From: Narcine bancroftii
Lineage: Eukaryota
NCBI RefSeq assembly: GCF_036971445.1
Contig: NC_091474.1
Location: forward strand, 26,536,001-26,600,000
DNA: 64,000 bases
Direction of reading: 5' to 3'
Position 1 is the first letter of the stretch. Each line of letters opens with the position of its first letter. The translations under genes and the position numbers were made by a program. Under the pieces are notes generated by a model. The model made no database searches. It saw nothing but the letters and a program-made list of their open reading frames with translations, and was not told the DNA's origin. Shown piece by piece: positions 50,681-62,689 of this stretch.

Positions 50681-51484
50681 TACCTTTCTAAATGTCTTTT
50701 TGCAATTTTACCAGTTTCTATCACTTCCTCTGACAGCTTATTCCATAAATCCACCACTATCTGTTTGAAGAAGGTGCACTCAGGTCCCTTTTACATCTTT
50801 TCCCTCTCTATCCCCTCGAGTCTTAGATTCCCCCTTCTCTGGGAACAAAAGGCTGCAACCATTTACCTTATCTCTGCCCTTCATTATTTTATCAATGTCC
50901 ATTAGGCTCCCTCTTAGCCTTCTGCACTCCAGGGAGTGAAATCCCAGTCTCTCCTTCTAACTCAGGCCCCTGCCATCAGCCCTCACATTTTGTGTCGTCA
51001 GAAAGTTGTTGAGTTTCTGGTTGGGAATTTCCACTCATGCCCAATAGTGTTCACTGAAGGCGCAGAGAGTTGTGGCAAGCTGGCAAGCTCAGAAGTGCAA
51101 AACCCACCCACTCTGCAGCTGAATGAAAGGTTTGTTCGCCCTGAGCACTCCACTTGGGATCAGCTGCATTGCACAGAAGATCACTCTTCTGCACTCGTAG
51201 CTTGCTTGATTTCAAAGAGGAGAGAAACATTTCTCCCCAGCCTGAAAGTACTTCCAGGCTGAACCTGGGAATGACAACATTGTGTGAGGTCTTGGTATGA
51301 GTGCATAAAAAGTGAGTAAAATTAAACCTGTTTACAGATGTTCCTCAATTGACGAATTTTGATTCATTAATTTTTTCAATCAACTCTTTGAGTGAGGTAC
51401 GTGTCTTCAATTTATAAATATTTTTAGAATAATGAATAGTGCACCACACCATATCAGAACAGAGCACCAGGGTAGAACTTATAT

Positions 51485-51975
51485 CATTACAGCATTGTAC
51501 AGGCCCTTCAGCCCTCAATGTTGTGCTGGCCTATGGAACATACTCCACTACAATCTAATCTTCCCTACCTCACACCTAGAATACTCTATCTTGCATCCAC
51601 GTACCTAAGAGTCTTTCAAATATCCCTATTGTACTAGCACCCCCGGAAAGGCATTCCATACATCCACCTACCTCTGTGTTTAAAAAGAAAACTTGCCTCT
51701 GACATATTCTCTCAACTTTCTTCCACTCACCTTGAATACCTCTAGTGTTTCCTACTACCACCTCAGAAAAAAGTGCTGGCTGTGCTCCCTATCTAGGCCC
51801 CTCTTAATCACATATATATCTCTATTGTCACCTCTCGTCCTTCGTTGCTCCAGCTCTGTCAAAACCCTCAGCTCTATCAACCTTGTTTACAATCTCCAAT
51901 CCAGGCAATATCATGGTAAATCTCCCCTGCACCCTCTCCAAAGCTCTGCATCCTTCCTGTAATGAAGTGACCCAG
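51485..51975 (-). mobile_element. CR1 LINE 3' fragment
   Basis: acaggcccttcagccc tail; aatctcccctgcaccctctccaaagc (LERVQGRFT on -). Confidence 0.75.
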
Positions 51976-52377
51976 GTTGAATTTGACAGTCATAGCCTTG
52001 AAACAGTCCCTGGCTGCCATCAGTCACCCAATTTTACACTAATTCTTCTCTATTTTATTCTCATCCTTTTCCCTTCAATACAACCTGCCCAGACTCATTC
52101 ACACAATAGCAAACTAGCCTCCCTTCCATCTAAATTTCCTGCTGCCTGTAAAAAGCAACCAATGTGTTAAAGGAACCATTCCACCCCAGTCACATTCCCT
52201 TCACCCTCTCCCATCGGGCAGAAGAGGCGTGAGTTTGAAAACCTGAGCCTCCAGATTCAAGGACAGTTTATTCCCAGATGTTATCAGGCTTCTGAATGGA
52301 CCACTTGTTCATAAAGTGATACTGCCCTTGCCCTATTTTAACTCTCCTTTTTGTCTTTTACACTTTTCACTTTTTTT

Positions 52378-52547
52378 AAAATTTAGAAATACAGCACGGT
52401 AACTAGCCCTTTAGGCCCACTAGCTCGTGCTGTCCAAATACACCAACCAACTTACAATTCCCGTATGTTTTGTGAAGTGTGGAAGGGAGGTAGAGCACCT
52501 GGGGAAAACCCACACAGTCACAGGGAGAATGTACAAACTCCTTACAG
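52378..52547 (-). mobile_element. HE1/V-SINE-like SINE (5'-truncated)
   Basis: tttagaaatacagcacggtaac tail; gagcacctggggaaaacccacacagtcacagggagaatgtacaaactcc. Confidence 0.8.
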
Positions 52548-52933
52548 GTTTTTTTGTTTTATTGTGCACTACTTCAAGAATGATTGACTTGCCTGAGAGT
52601 ACATGAAAGATTTCTGGAATGGCAAATTTGTCATCTGATGAAGCTTATGCTTTGCTGAGTTGTAGAAGAATGAGGGTGATCTTGTTGAAACACACAAAAT
52701 TCTTAAAAAAGCCTGACAGAATTGATGTTCCTTTGCAGGGTTGTCTAGAAAAGGGGTCACTGTCTCAAAAAAAAGTTGATCATTCAGGACAGAGATGACC
52801 AATAGTGAATCTTTGTAAATCACTTTTTTGTTCAGTTCCATCAAGACAGAGGGGGATAGATGTTTAGATAAAGAGCAGCCATTGTATTGAAATGCACAGC
52901 AAGGATGAGGGGCCGGAATGCTTAATCTTTCTA

Positions 52934-53128
52934 CAGTAAAACCCCGGTATCCGGCATTAATGGGGATTGATAGATTAGCAAATTTTACGGTTGCTTGAGA
53001 TTGAGTGTTGTGTGATTGACGAACTAACAGTGAGGCACACCAATTTTAAACTTCCGTATTTTTTACCTATTTATTTTCAGCAATTTTTTTGCCAGTTGTT
53101 TAAATTCTGGATAACAGGGGTTTTAATA
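52934..53128. mobile_element. Tc1/mariner (Tigger-type) MITE, copy 2
   Basis: TIRs cagtaaaaccccggtatccgg / ctggataacaggggttttaata with TA flanks; homologous to 13717-13914. Confidence 0.75.
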
Positions 53129-55757
53129 TACTTGTGTTCTTACATTTTAGTAGAAAATGTAGATCATCTGGCACAATATCCTTCCAATTTCAGCAAAGGG
53201 ATACTTCTATGTAATGGCTGTGCAGTACTCTGCCCTAAAGATTGACCATAATCTCTGTAATAATTAGGTGGATAGTCTGATGAAGCCACATGAATGTGGA
53301 AAGCAGGAAACATTTGAAGGAGAGAGTTTCAGGTGTTGTTTAGTTGGGAGATTTGTACAAGCCAGAATCTGCCGCTTAGATTTGCAAGCCTGCTGCGCTC
53401 ACTCTTCAATAAGGTACACTTATCGGCATCTACCAATCTCCATAGGTGCCAGATACCAGAGGTTTTACTGTATTCAGTTAGGTGGGCATGTCTGACTTTA
53501 CCAGTTCTGATGAAAGGTTATTGAGCAAAAACATTGTCTGTTTCTTTCTCCATACTTACTGGCTGACCTGCTGAGCATTTATAATCAACACTATTATTTC
53601 TGGATAAGTAGTAGATCAGTCAACCAGCCAAACCCTATTTCTGATCATGCCACAAGGGACCTTGATTTTAGTCCAAGGTCTCAGTCATCTTGTTTAGTTG
53701 CAACAATGGTTTCAATGTACTCCTGGCTCACGTCCCATCTTTCGTCGACTCTCTGTGAGATTGAGTTTTACTGACTGCGTGCCAACTGGCATTCTTTTCA
53801 TACGTCATTAATGCTCTGCCAATGCCTCCATTATGTTAAAGCCTCTTCAATGCCATATTCTCTCAGCCACCTCTCGCAACCATTCAACACACGGAGAAAT
53901 TTACCACCTCCAAATCACTGACTGTGGCCTTCTGCCTCCAAGACCCTGAGCTTTAGAAGTTCCAACCTAAACCTGCACCATTCTACCCCTCTCCTTTAAG
54001 AGGCTTCTAAAATACCCCAAATTTTTGATCAAACTTGTGTCATGTGAATTGTGTTAAAATTTCTCTGCAATTGCCTTTGCAAAGTTCCATTGCATGCTTT
54101 ATAACATTAAACCAACATTGTGGCAACTGTTACTGAGTTGAAAAGGCCCCCACTGTGATTATCAATGCTGTGCTGAGCATTTGGCTGATCTGAGGGCATT
54201 TCATGTTGCGTGGATGTTGCTGAAAAGCCTGTCAGCCCTAAATGTCCTCAGAGCTAAATCAGCTATTCGGTGATTTCAGCAGGCAGCTAAGAGTCTACTT
54301 CATTGGGTCCAGGGTATCATGAATCACAATCAGAATTTATTGTCATGAACAAGTCACAAAATGTGTTGTTTTCCAGCAACATCTCAGTGCAAACATTCAT
54401 ATAAGCCAGCATACAAAAATAAATAAAAATAGTGCACGAAGACTAAAGTCAGGCAGTGTCATTGGTTCATTGATCATTCAGGAATCTGATGGCAGTGGGG
54501 AAGGAGTTGTCCTTCTTTAGGACAACCGTATTTTTTATTCGATGGTAGCACAGTGAAGAGGACATGGCCTGGGTGGTGGGGGTCCTAGAAGATAGAGTCT
54601 GCTTTATTAAAACACAACCTCTTCCTTGATGGAGTGATGTCGCAGGCCAAGTTAATAACCTTCTTGAGTTTTTTTTCTTGTCCTGAGTGTTGGGACCTCT
54701 ATATCAGAGAGTGATGCAACCAGCAGGATATTCTCTACGTTACACCTGTAGAAGTTTTTGAGGTGCCCAAATTGGCGGCAGCGGCCATGAGGGGTTGAAG
54801 ACTTCGGGAGAGCAGCAGACCAGCTCAGGGCACCACAAACGGGGAGAAAGCCCCTACCCCTGCCTCCCCCTCCCTCCAGTTAAGAAGGAGATGCAAAGGA
54901 GGTGACCTTACAGGATGGTGACCACAGCAGTGCATCAGTGAGGGCAAAAAGGACTCCCGAAGGGCCTCAAGCGCTGAAGGCTTGCTGATCGTGTCAGAGG
55001 TTTGGATCTGGAGCTCGAGTTGTCAATAAATCGAATGAGTCTGTGTGGCTGCAGAGGCTGTGAGAGCGCTGGAGGTGAACCCATGGATACTCAGTGATTC
55101 TGAAGGGACTCTCTTTTGTTTCTCTTTGTCCAATCGCCGAACAATGCTCATGGTGACTCTTTGTTTGCCTAATGTCAGACAAAAGTTAATATCATGTATA
55201 TTACTTTTTTAATATACTATTATGTGACAATAAAATGAACCTTCACCTTGAGAAACCTTGTACCAGACATATGAAGGCAAGTTTCCATTCCTTGAAGGAC
55301 ATTAATGAACCAGGTGAGTTCTTACCATAATCCTGTTCTTTTATGATGAGACTAGCTTCATGCATTGGATTTATTAATTTATTTCAACTTAAATTTTCCA
55401 TTTACCACTAAGTCCATTGAGTTTATGTTTTTGACTTGTATTGTTGGTGGTGGAAGCAGGGGACTGTGCAGCTACAGAGGCTGCGGGAGTATTGGTGGCG
55501 AATGCATGGATGAACCATGAAAATCTGCAGACACTGTGACTAGTAAAAAAACAGAAATGCTGGAGGAACTCAGCAGGTCTTGCAGCGTCCATGGGAGGTA
55601 AAGATATATAACCAACATTTTGGACCTGAGCCCTTCAAGGTATCATCATGGGAATGTAGTGACTCTGAAGGGGCTCTTTATCTCGTATTGTAAGGGGCGC
55701 TGAGTGACACTACTGGCGACTCTGCCTGGCTTATGGCAGGCAGAAGGTGTTTTCGTG

Positions 55758-56160
55758 TTCTTTGGCTTGGCTTTGCGGACAAAGATTTATGGAGGGGTAA
55801 TGTCCACGTCAGCTGCAGGCTCGTTTGTGGCTGACAAGTCTGATGCGGGACAGGCAGACACGGTTGCAGCAGTTGCAAGGGAAAATTGGCTGGTTGGGGT
55901 TGGGTGTTGGGTTTTTCCTCCTTTGTCTTTTGTCAGTGAGGTGGGCTCTGCGGTCTTCTTCAAAGGAGGTTGCAGCCCGCCGAACTGTGAGGCGCCAAGA
56001 TGCACGGTTGGAGACGAGATCAGCCCACTGGCGGTGGTCAATGTGGCAGGCACCAAGAGATTTCTTTAGGCAGTCCTTGTACCTCTTCTTTGGTGCACCT
56101 CTGTCTCGGTGGCCAGTGGAGAGCTCGCCATATAACACGATCTTGGGAAGGCGATGGTCT
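55758..56160 (-). mobile_element. RTE LINE 3' fragment, older subfamily
   Basis: ORF 55809: YGELSTGHRDRGAPKKRYKD...SHKRACS; carries older-subfamily variants. Confidence 0.92.
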
Positions 56161-56172
56161 TTAATTTTGTGT

Positions 56173-57120
56173 TCTTTCTTTGGCTTGGCTTCGCGGACGA
56201 AGATTTATGGAGGGGGTAAAAAGTCCACGTCAGCTGCAGGCTCGTTTGTGGCTGACCAGTCCGATGCGGGACAGGCAGACACGATTGCAGCGGTTGCAAG
56301 GGAAAATTGGTTGGTTGGGGTTGGGTGTTGGGTTTTTCCTCCTTTGCCTTTTGTCAGTGAGGTGGGCTCTGCGGTCTTCTTCAAAGGAGGCTGCTGCCCG
56401 CCAAACTGTGAGGCGCCAAGATGCACGGTTTGAGGCGTTATCAGCCCACTGGCGGTGGTCAATGTGGCAGGCACCAAGAGATTTCTTTAGGCAGTCCTTG
56501 TACCTTTTCTTTGGTGCACCTCTGTCACGGTGGCCAGTGGAGAGCTCGCCATATAATACGATCTTGGGAAGGCGATGGTCCTCCATTCTGGAGACGTGAC
56601 CCATCCAGCGCAGCTGGATCTTCAGCAGCGTGGACTCGATGCTGTCGACCTCTGCCATCTCGAGTACCTCGACGTTAGGGGTGTGAGCGCTCCAATGGAT
56701 GTTGAGGATGGAGCGGAGACAACGCTGGTGGAAGCGTTCTAGGAGCCGTAGGTGGTGCCGGTAGAGGACCCATGATTCGGAGCCGAACAGGAGTGTGGGT
56801 ATGACAACGGCTCTGTATACGCTTATCTTTGTGAGGTTTTTCAGTTGGTTGTTTTTCCAGACTCTTTTGTGTAGTCTTCCAAAGGCGCTATTTGCCTTGG
56901 CGAGTCTGTTGTCTATCTCATTGTCGATCCTTGCATCTGATGAAATGGTGCAGCCGAGATAGGTAAACTGGTTGACCGTTTTGAGTTTTGTGTGGCCGAT
57001 GGAGATGTGGGGGGGCTGGTAGTCATGGTGGGGAGCTGGCTGATGGAGGACCTCAGTTTTCTTCAGGCTGACTTCCAGGCCAAACATTTTGGCAGTTTCC
57101 GCAAAGCAGGACGTCAAGCG
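56173..57120 (-). mobile_element. Young RTE LINE, 5'-truncated
   Basis: Intact 295-aa ORF segment, almost identical to 36446-37431. Confidence 0.95.
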
Positions 57121-58537
57121 TGTAATATTCCAAGAAATGTACTACTACATGACAATAAAGGAATCTTGAATGATAGACTGCAGTCACCTTCAACTTTCAA
57201 GAACATTGGTGAACTTGTTGAATTGTACACAGTCTGGCACATTCCTGATCATCTAAACTTGCTTAGTAACTTTGCAGCACTAAAGGAGGTCATTCGGACC
57301 CTTGTGCCTGTACATGCTCTTTGTCAGCAAATCATGTTCATTGCCGCTTTCCTGCCTCTTTTGTCCATTAACTCCATAGTCTGTCCAAATGCCTCCTAAA
57401 ATTATTCATGGGATCTCCACTTCCATTTTTTTTTCAAATAGGTTTTTCTAATTTCAGATCTAAGGAAATAAAATGATTGTCAGCTGCCATCTCTGCAGGA
57501 CAGACTAGATTGGGAAAAGCAGTTATAAAATGAGAGGCAGTTTTTCTTGATAGCATTCTCTATGATTAGTTTTCCTCCCTGGATATTCAGGTCTGTTCAT
57601 CCAGCCTCCGTTCTTTTAAGTGTATGTTTCCAATATGGCAGCTCAATAGTGGTCCTTCACTAATACAGAGCATTCTGAAATGTGGTCTGTGAAAAGCAAA
57701 CCAAATAAGCTGCTCCAAACTAAACTTTGAGTGTTCGTGGTTCCTTCGCCACTGCTTTGCCAGCAACCTCATGTAGCTTTGCCAGTACGTGGTGTTCAGT
57801 TTTGAATCTGCCTCTGAGGTTCTTTCTGCATCCCGTGGTGTTTTCTTATCTACAAAGCAGTTTAGTTGATGGTGTGATGCAGATATATTCCCCTCACCCC
57901 ACTCTTCAAACAATGTCTTTCTTTGTGTCCAACTGAGCTGTGTGAACTTGCCTTGCCATTGCAATGTCTGCTGGTGAATCACAGTGCAGTCTTGCTTTTA
58001 AATGTTCGCCTGGTCCCTCCATGGAGAAAGCATTTCTGTACTGAGAGGAGCTGAATTTTCTTTAGGCTGTTGATGTGTGTTATTTTCTCAACTTCCACCC
58101 TCTAAGGGAATGGAGCACTTTTAATTTTAATGCTCCATGTATAATTTGAATGTGAAAACAAAGACTTGTTGCCTGTTATAGATTTAAGTTTGTACTTGAA
58201 CTAATGCTGAATTTATCTTGTCACATAATCACTTAGAGTACAGATATTAAAAGCCACAACATGATATAAAATGCTCATTTAAAAAAAAAGTACAAAGCAC
58301 CAGGGTTAATTTGTGGACGGTCCAATAAGAAAGCAAAGAATAGATACTAATCTACTTTCAAGCTTGATTGGACCAGACAAGAGTCCTTTGATTAGTGCTA
58401 GGATCCATGTTCTAAGAATGGCAATCGATTCACACTGGCACTTTATCCCAGTAATTAACTGCCAATCTACACGTTAGTGCCAGTGTGAACACTTGCGAAT
58501 CGGCACACAGGAATCAGATCATCCCTGCTTGCCGGTT

Positions 58538-59018
58538 CTTTGGCTTGGCTTCGCGGACGAAGATTTATGGAGGGGGTAAAAAGTCCACGTCAGCTGCAGG
58601 CTCGTTTGTGGCTGACCAGTCCGATGCGGGACAGGCAGACACGATTGCAGCGGTTGCAAGGGAAAATTGGTTGGTTGGGGTTGGGTGTTGGGTTTTTCCT
58701 CCTTTGCCTTTTGTCAGTGAGGTGGGCTCTGCGGTCTTCTTCAAAGGAGGCTGCTGCCCGCCAAACTGTGAGGCGCCAAGATGCACGGTTTGAGGCGTTA
58801 TCAGCCCACTGGCGGTGGTCAATGTGGCAGGCACCAAGAGATTTCTTTAGGCAGTCCTTGTACCTTTTCTTTGGTGCACCTCTGTCACGGTGGCCAGTGG
58901 AGAGCTCGCCATATAATACGATCTTGGGAAGGCGATGGTCCTCCATTCTGGAGACGTGACCCATCCAGCGCAGCTGGATCTTCAGCAGCGTGGACTCGAT
59001 GCTGTCGACCTCTGCCAT
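58538..59018 (-). mobile_element. Young RTE LINE 3' fragment with a 9-bp TSD
   Basis: Identical by eye to the 56173 copy over its length. ttgccggtt at 58529-58537 and 59026-59034. Confidence 0.95.
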
Positions 59019-59390
59019 TAGCCCATTGCCGGTTAGCCCAATGTGAAAGGGACATGGGGTATCCTCGGATAAATTAATGGAGATAGGTGCCCCTCTTCCC
59101 TGAGATGCCTAGTGGTGAGTGTGAAAAGACGCAGAGAATCAGTTAACAGAGGTCCAGTGTGAATGGCAAAAATGGCTTCTTGAACTGGTTCATTAAACAG
59201 CCAATTTACTGGTTAGTCAATGTGAAAAGGGCTAACTGAAGATTGTGGCAAAATGTTTCACTGGATTGCTACCAAATCTGAGATGCTTTGCCTGTGAGCA
59301 TCGATTGAATAGACTGGGAGACATCTCCCTTTAAGCGCAAGGCTCAGAGATGATCTGTTACATGGCTTTATGAAAAGGTTTGCAAAGCAT

Positions 59391-59798
59391 TAGGCCCTTT
59401 CAAACTGCCATGTAAAATTGGATTAACTGGACAATTTGCCCAGCTAGTGCCCCAGTTATACATCAGTTAGAAAGGGTCTAACTGGGTCCCTGACCTACCT
59501 CAGAGGTAGTCAGGGAACCCAGTTAAACTTGCCTAGGACTCGTCCATGGCTGATTTGAGAACAAAAATGGCCAATCCACTTATTCCAGTGTCATCAGCAC
59601 TTGCGTGCATGGGTTACCAGGCAGCCAGCATCTGAACATCTAGCAGTTTCCGGTGAGTGCATGACATCATTGCGGGGGCAGTATTCCCCCTTAAATCAAT
59701 CCCCCTGCAATTTATAAGGTGCTTCCAGCACCTTTGCCCTAGTAATCGCACCCGGCTCCCAGGAGGGCTGCCCAGGTGTTGCAATTTAAAAGGGGCTA
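59391..59798. mobile_element. PIF/Harbinger-like MITE
   Basis: TIRs taggccctttcaaactgc / gcaatttaaaaggggcta. Confidence 0.55.
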
Positions 59799-59855
59799 CT
59801 AAATGTCTTTCCATTTATTGGGAAAGCCACAAGGGTTGGAAATTCAAGAAAAACC

Positions 59856-60579
59856 AGTTGACGCTTGCGAGTGGATTCGCAAATCCAAATGGAGAGGGGA
59901 GATGTGGTTGTCCGACAAGGGATAAAGGACAACTCAGGAGGGGAAGGGGAGATTGGGGATAAATAAGATAGAAATAGGAGAATAAGGAAAATGTTGGATG
60001 TTGTAGGAATGTTGTCTTATAAAGAGTTGAAAATAAGAAAACAGAAATGGAAAAGGAGGAAAGGTAATGATGGAAAAACGGAAAGAGAAGATAAACAAAA
60101 TATAAAAGGGCTACGCTGAACTATATGACTTTAAATATTAATGGAATACATAACCAAATTAAAAGGAAGAAACTACTAAATTTAAATGAATAAATGGATT
60201 CCATTAGAAAAAATAACATATAGGTTAAGAAATAATATTGAAATATTTGAACAAGTATGGGAGCCTTACATTAAATACAATAGCGAATACCTACCGGGGA
60301 CAAACATTACCTAAGTTGATGGAAGGAGAAGGAAAGAAAAGAATGGACTCAGTAGAATTTCTGGTGTATTTTTGTTGAATGACAACATTGTCTGACTGGC
60401 TTAATGCAACCTAGATTGTATACCTAAAATGGATGAGAGGGGGGGGTGGGGGGGTGGCTTGGGAGGAGGGAGGGGGGGGGGGGGAGAAAAAGTCACTGTA
60501 TATGTGTGAAAAAGAAATAGTGTATATCATGGCTAATGTGATTTATGGTGTGAAAAATAAAAACATTAAATAAAAAAAA
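59856..60579 (+). mobile_element. Internally deleted L1-clade element with poly-A tail and TSD
   Basis: 60110-60184 encodes ATLNYMTLNINGIHNQIKRKKLLNL (L1 endonuclease N-terminus). It is joined out of frame to MNKWIPLEKITYRLRNNIEIFEQVWEPYIKY...* (60186-60314, L1 ORF2 C-terminus). G-rich 3' UTR, aataaa, poly-A; aaaaacc at 59849-59855 and 60580-60586. Confidence 0.8.
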
Positions 60580-62339
60580 AAAAACCTCTTTATCCCAGAG
60601 TTGAAATGGGGACTGGATAGGAAAGGTTTAGAGGGATACAATTCAAACACAGGTAAAGAGACCAAGACAATCTGGTCAACATGGACAATTTGGGCTGAAG
60701 GGCCTGTTTCTGTGTTGCAAAACCTAGCTGCACTCCCGTGTGTAGAGACTGAGATGAAGATCTGAGATGTTTCAAGAGGGAAATTGTTTTCAATACAAGG
60801 GACCAGTTGATAGGGTGAGATGAGGATGACAGGAGATTCATATGCAGTATATGCACCATAATTTTTCTTCTGGCTCAAATATTCTAAATCTATACTGTAA
60901 ATGCTTTGCAAAATTCACACGAGATGATTAACTATGCATACTTGTTGCAGCACATTGCCATAAGTTCTTATTTGCAGTGCACATGAAGAGAATTACCAGA
61001 CCCTGTCATCTACCTGACATTCACCCTACAAATAAAATACACCTCTTGGATTTTATTGTTCACTGGCAGTAACCACAGACGTGTGCCTGGCTGAATTAAT
61101 TTGATTTGTTTTTTACTGTAGCCTCATAAATTTTCAAACCAGCTTCCCCAGGGTCTATGAGGTCATCAGATTTGAGGTTGGGTATTTTGCAGAGAACCAA
61201 TTTGTAAGTCATGCAGGGCTCATGATGGGCAGCAGTGCTTCATGCCGAGGGCAGCAGAAACCTGCACCTCCCCCCCACCCACCCCACAAAAAGTTGGTCA
61301 GGGAAGAAGCAAATGTCTCTGATAGTTGATAGTACTTGTAATTGATAAACTGAATCTTATAAGAGCATTGGATGGACAGTTGAACTCTTTGCCCCAGGGA
61401 AAGCATTACACAATAGCGACTGTGTGAATGTTCAGGTTCTTGATTGTCCAGAGCATCGAAGGTTAGGGGAGAAGGCCAGGCAGTGGGGCTGAGTGGGAAA
61501 ATGAATCAGCTTTCAAATTAAATGGCGGGGCAGATTTGATGGACTGAATAGCCTATTTCTGCTCTTATTTCTTATGTGTTTAAGGTAGGGAGGGAGTTTA
61601 AGAGAGAGATGTGAGTCCTTTTTTCTTTACACAGTGGTGGATACCTAGAATGGTCTACAAGGAGTGTGGTGGGAGCAGCATGAAAACCAGACCAAAGTAT
61701 GTGAGGTTAATGGAGGGTTGTCTTATCTTTACAAATGCCAGATTATAGTTGGATTTGGACATCTGGTTTGACACAGGCACGTGGGCCGAAGAGCCTATGC
61801 TCTACTATTCCATGTTCGAAAACATCTCTGGCTGGAGACCTAGAGCTAAAATTCACAATTGTTGTATTGACCATATGAAAGAACAGAAGTGTCTTGAATC
61901 TTCTGAATTGTCTAATCCAGAGAGCAATATTGCACAGATTTTAAATTTATTCAATGCAGCCTGATTTTTGGGAGGAGCGCAGTGTACGTGGAGTTGTGAT
62001 GTGTGGGTATGAGAGAGGAAAGTGGTGTTTGAGGTGATTTATCGGTAATATTCTTTGTCAATGGCAAAGCAGGCTCAAGAGGCCATTTGACTAATCCTCA
62101 TACCTATATGTGTAAGTTTATTGTCTACAGGAATTTAAGAGAAAGGGTATTTATAATATGAAAGGGTTAGCAACGCTCAGTTAGTGTTAATGAACACAAT
62201 CATTAATCTTGGTATTCTGCTCTGGTTAATCTGTCATACATGTTGATACAGGGTAGCAAAAGCCACCTCTGGATGGAGATGCATGGATCAAATGTAAGGT
62301 TGAGTAAGCTTGCTTACTCAATGATGGATTTGATATACT

Positions 62340-62689
62340 TGTAGTGGCCCACAGCCTGCTCTGCAGGCCAACACAGCAAACAGCCGTCGAACATGACTAT
62401 TGCTAGACAGCACACTGATGAGACACCCGCTCCCATAGGCCGCAGGAATAGCAGTCAAATTGACCAATCGCCATCAGCAGATCGCGGGGGTCCAATCCAG
62501 GCCCGCGCATCCGGGACAGTCAATCAGCAGCTGGCCTCGCTCAAGCCACACCCCAGGGGAGACACGGCCGGCTGCCTATAAAAGGCAGAGGTGCAACCCA
62601 ATAAAGCCAGTATCAATTACATTCCCTTGGTGTATGAGTCTTCTTTCAACCTTGAGCTATAACCCATTATACCTCAAGCTATAACTACA
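62340..62689 (+). mobile_element. Solo LTR (Gypsy-like), copy 2
   Basis: tgtagt...actaca inverted termini, ccaat boxes, tataaaa at ~62577, aataaa at ~62600; 4-bp flanks tact/cact. Confidence 0.8.

Noticed and set aside
53503-53540. Functional hammerhead ribozyme
   Set aside because: CTGATGA is present, but stem II is disrupted and GAAA reads AAAA. Kept only as a decayed relic.
55825-56599. Repeated + strand ORFs (MAWLRGRRF..., MWLTSLMRD...) as a gene family
   Set aside because: These are antisense frames of the RTE copies and recur only because the element recurs.
1576-62689. The two LTRs as ends of one 61-kb element or inversion
   Set aside because: They are in opposite orientation, clearly diverged, each has its own flanks, and UQCC1 exons run colinearly across the first copy.
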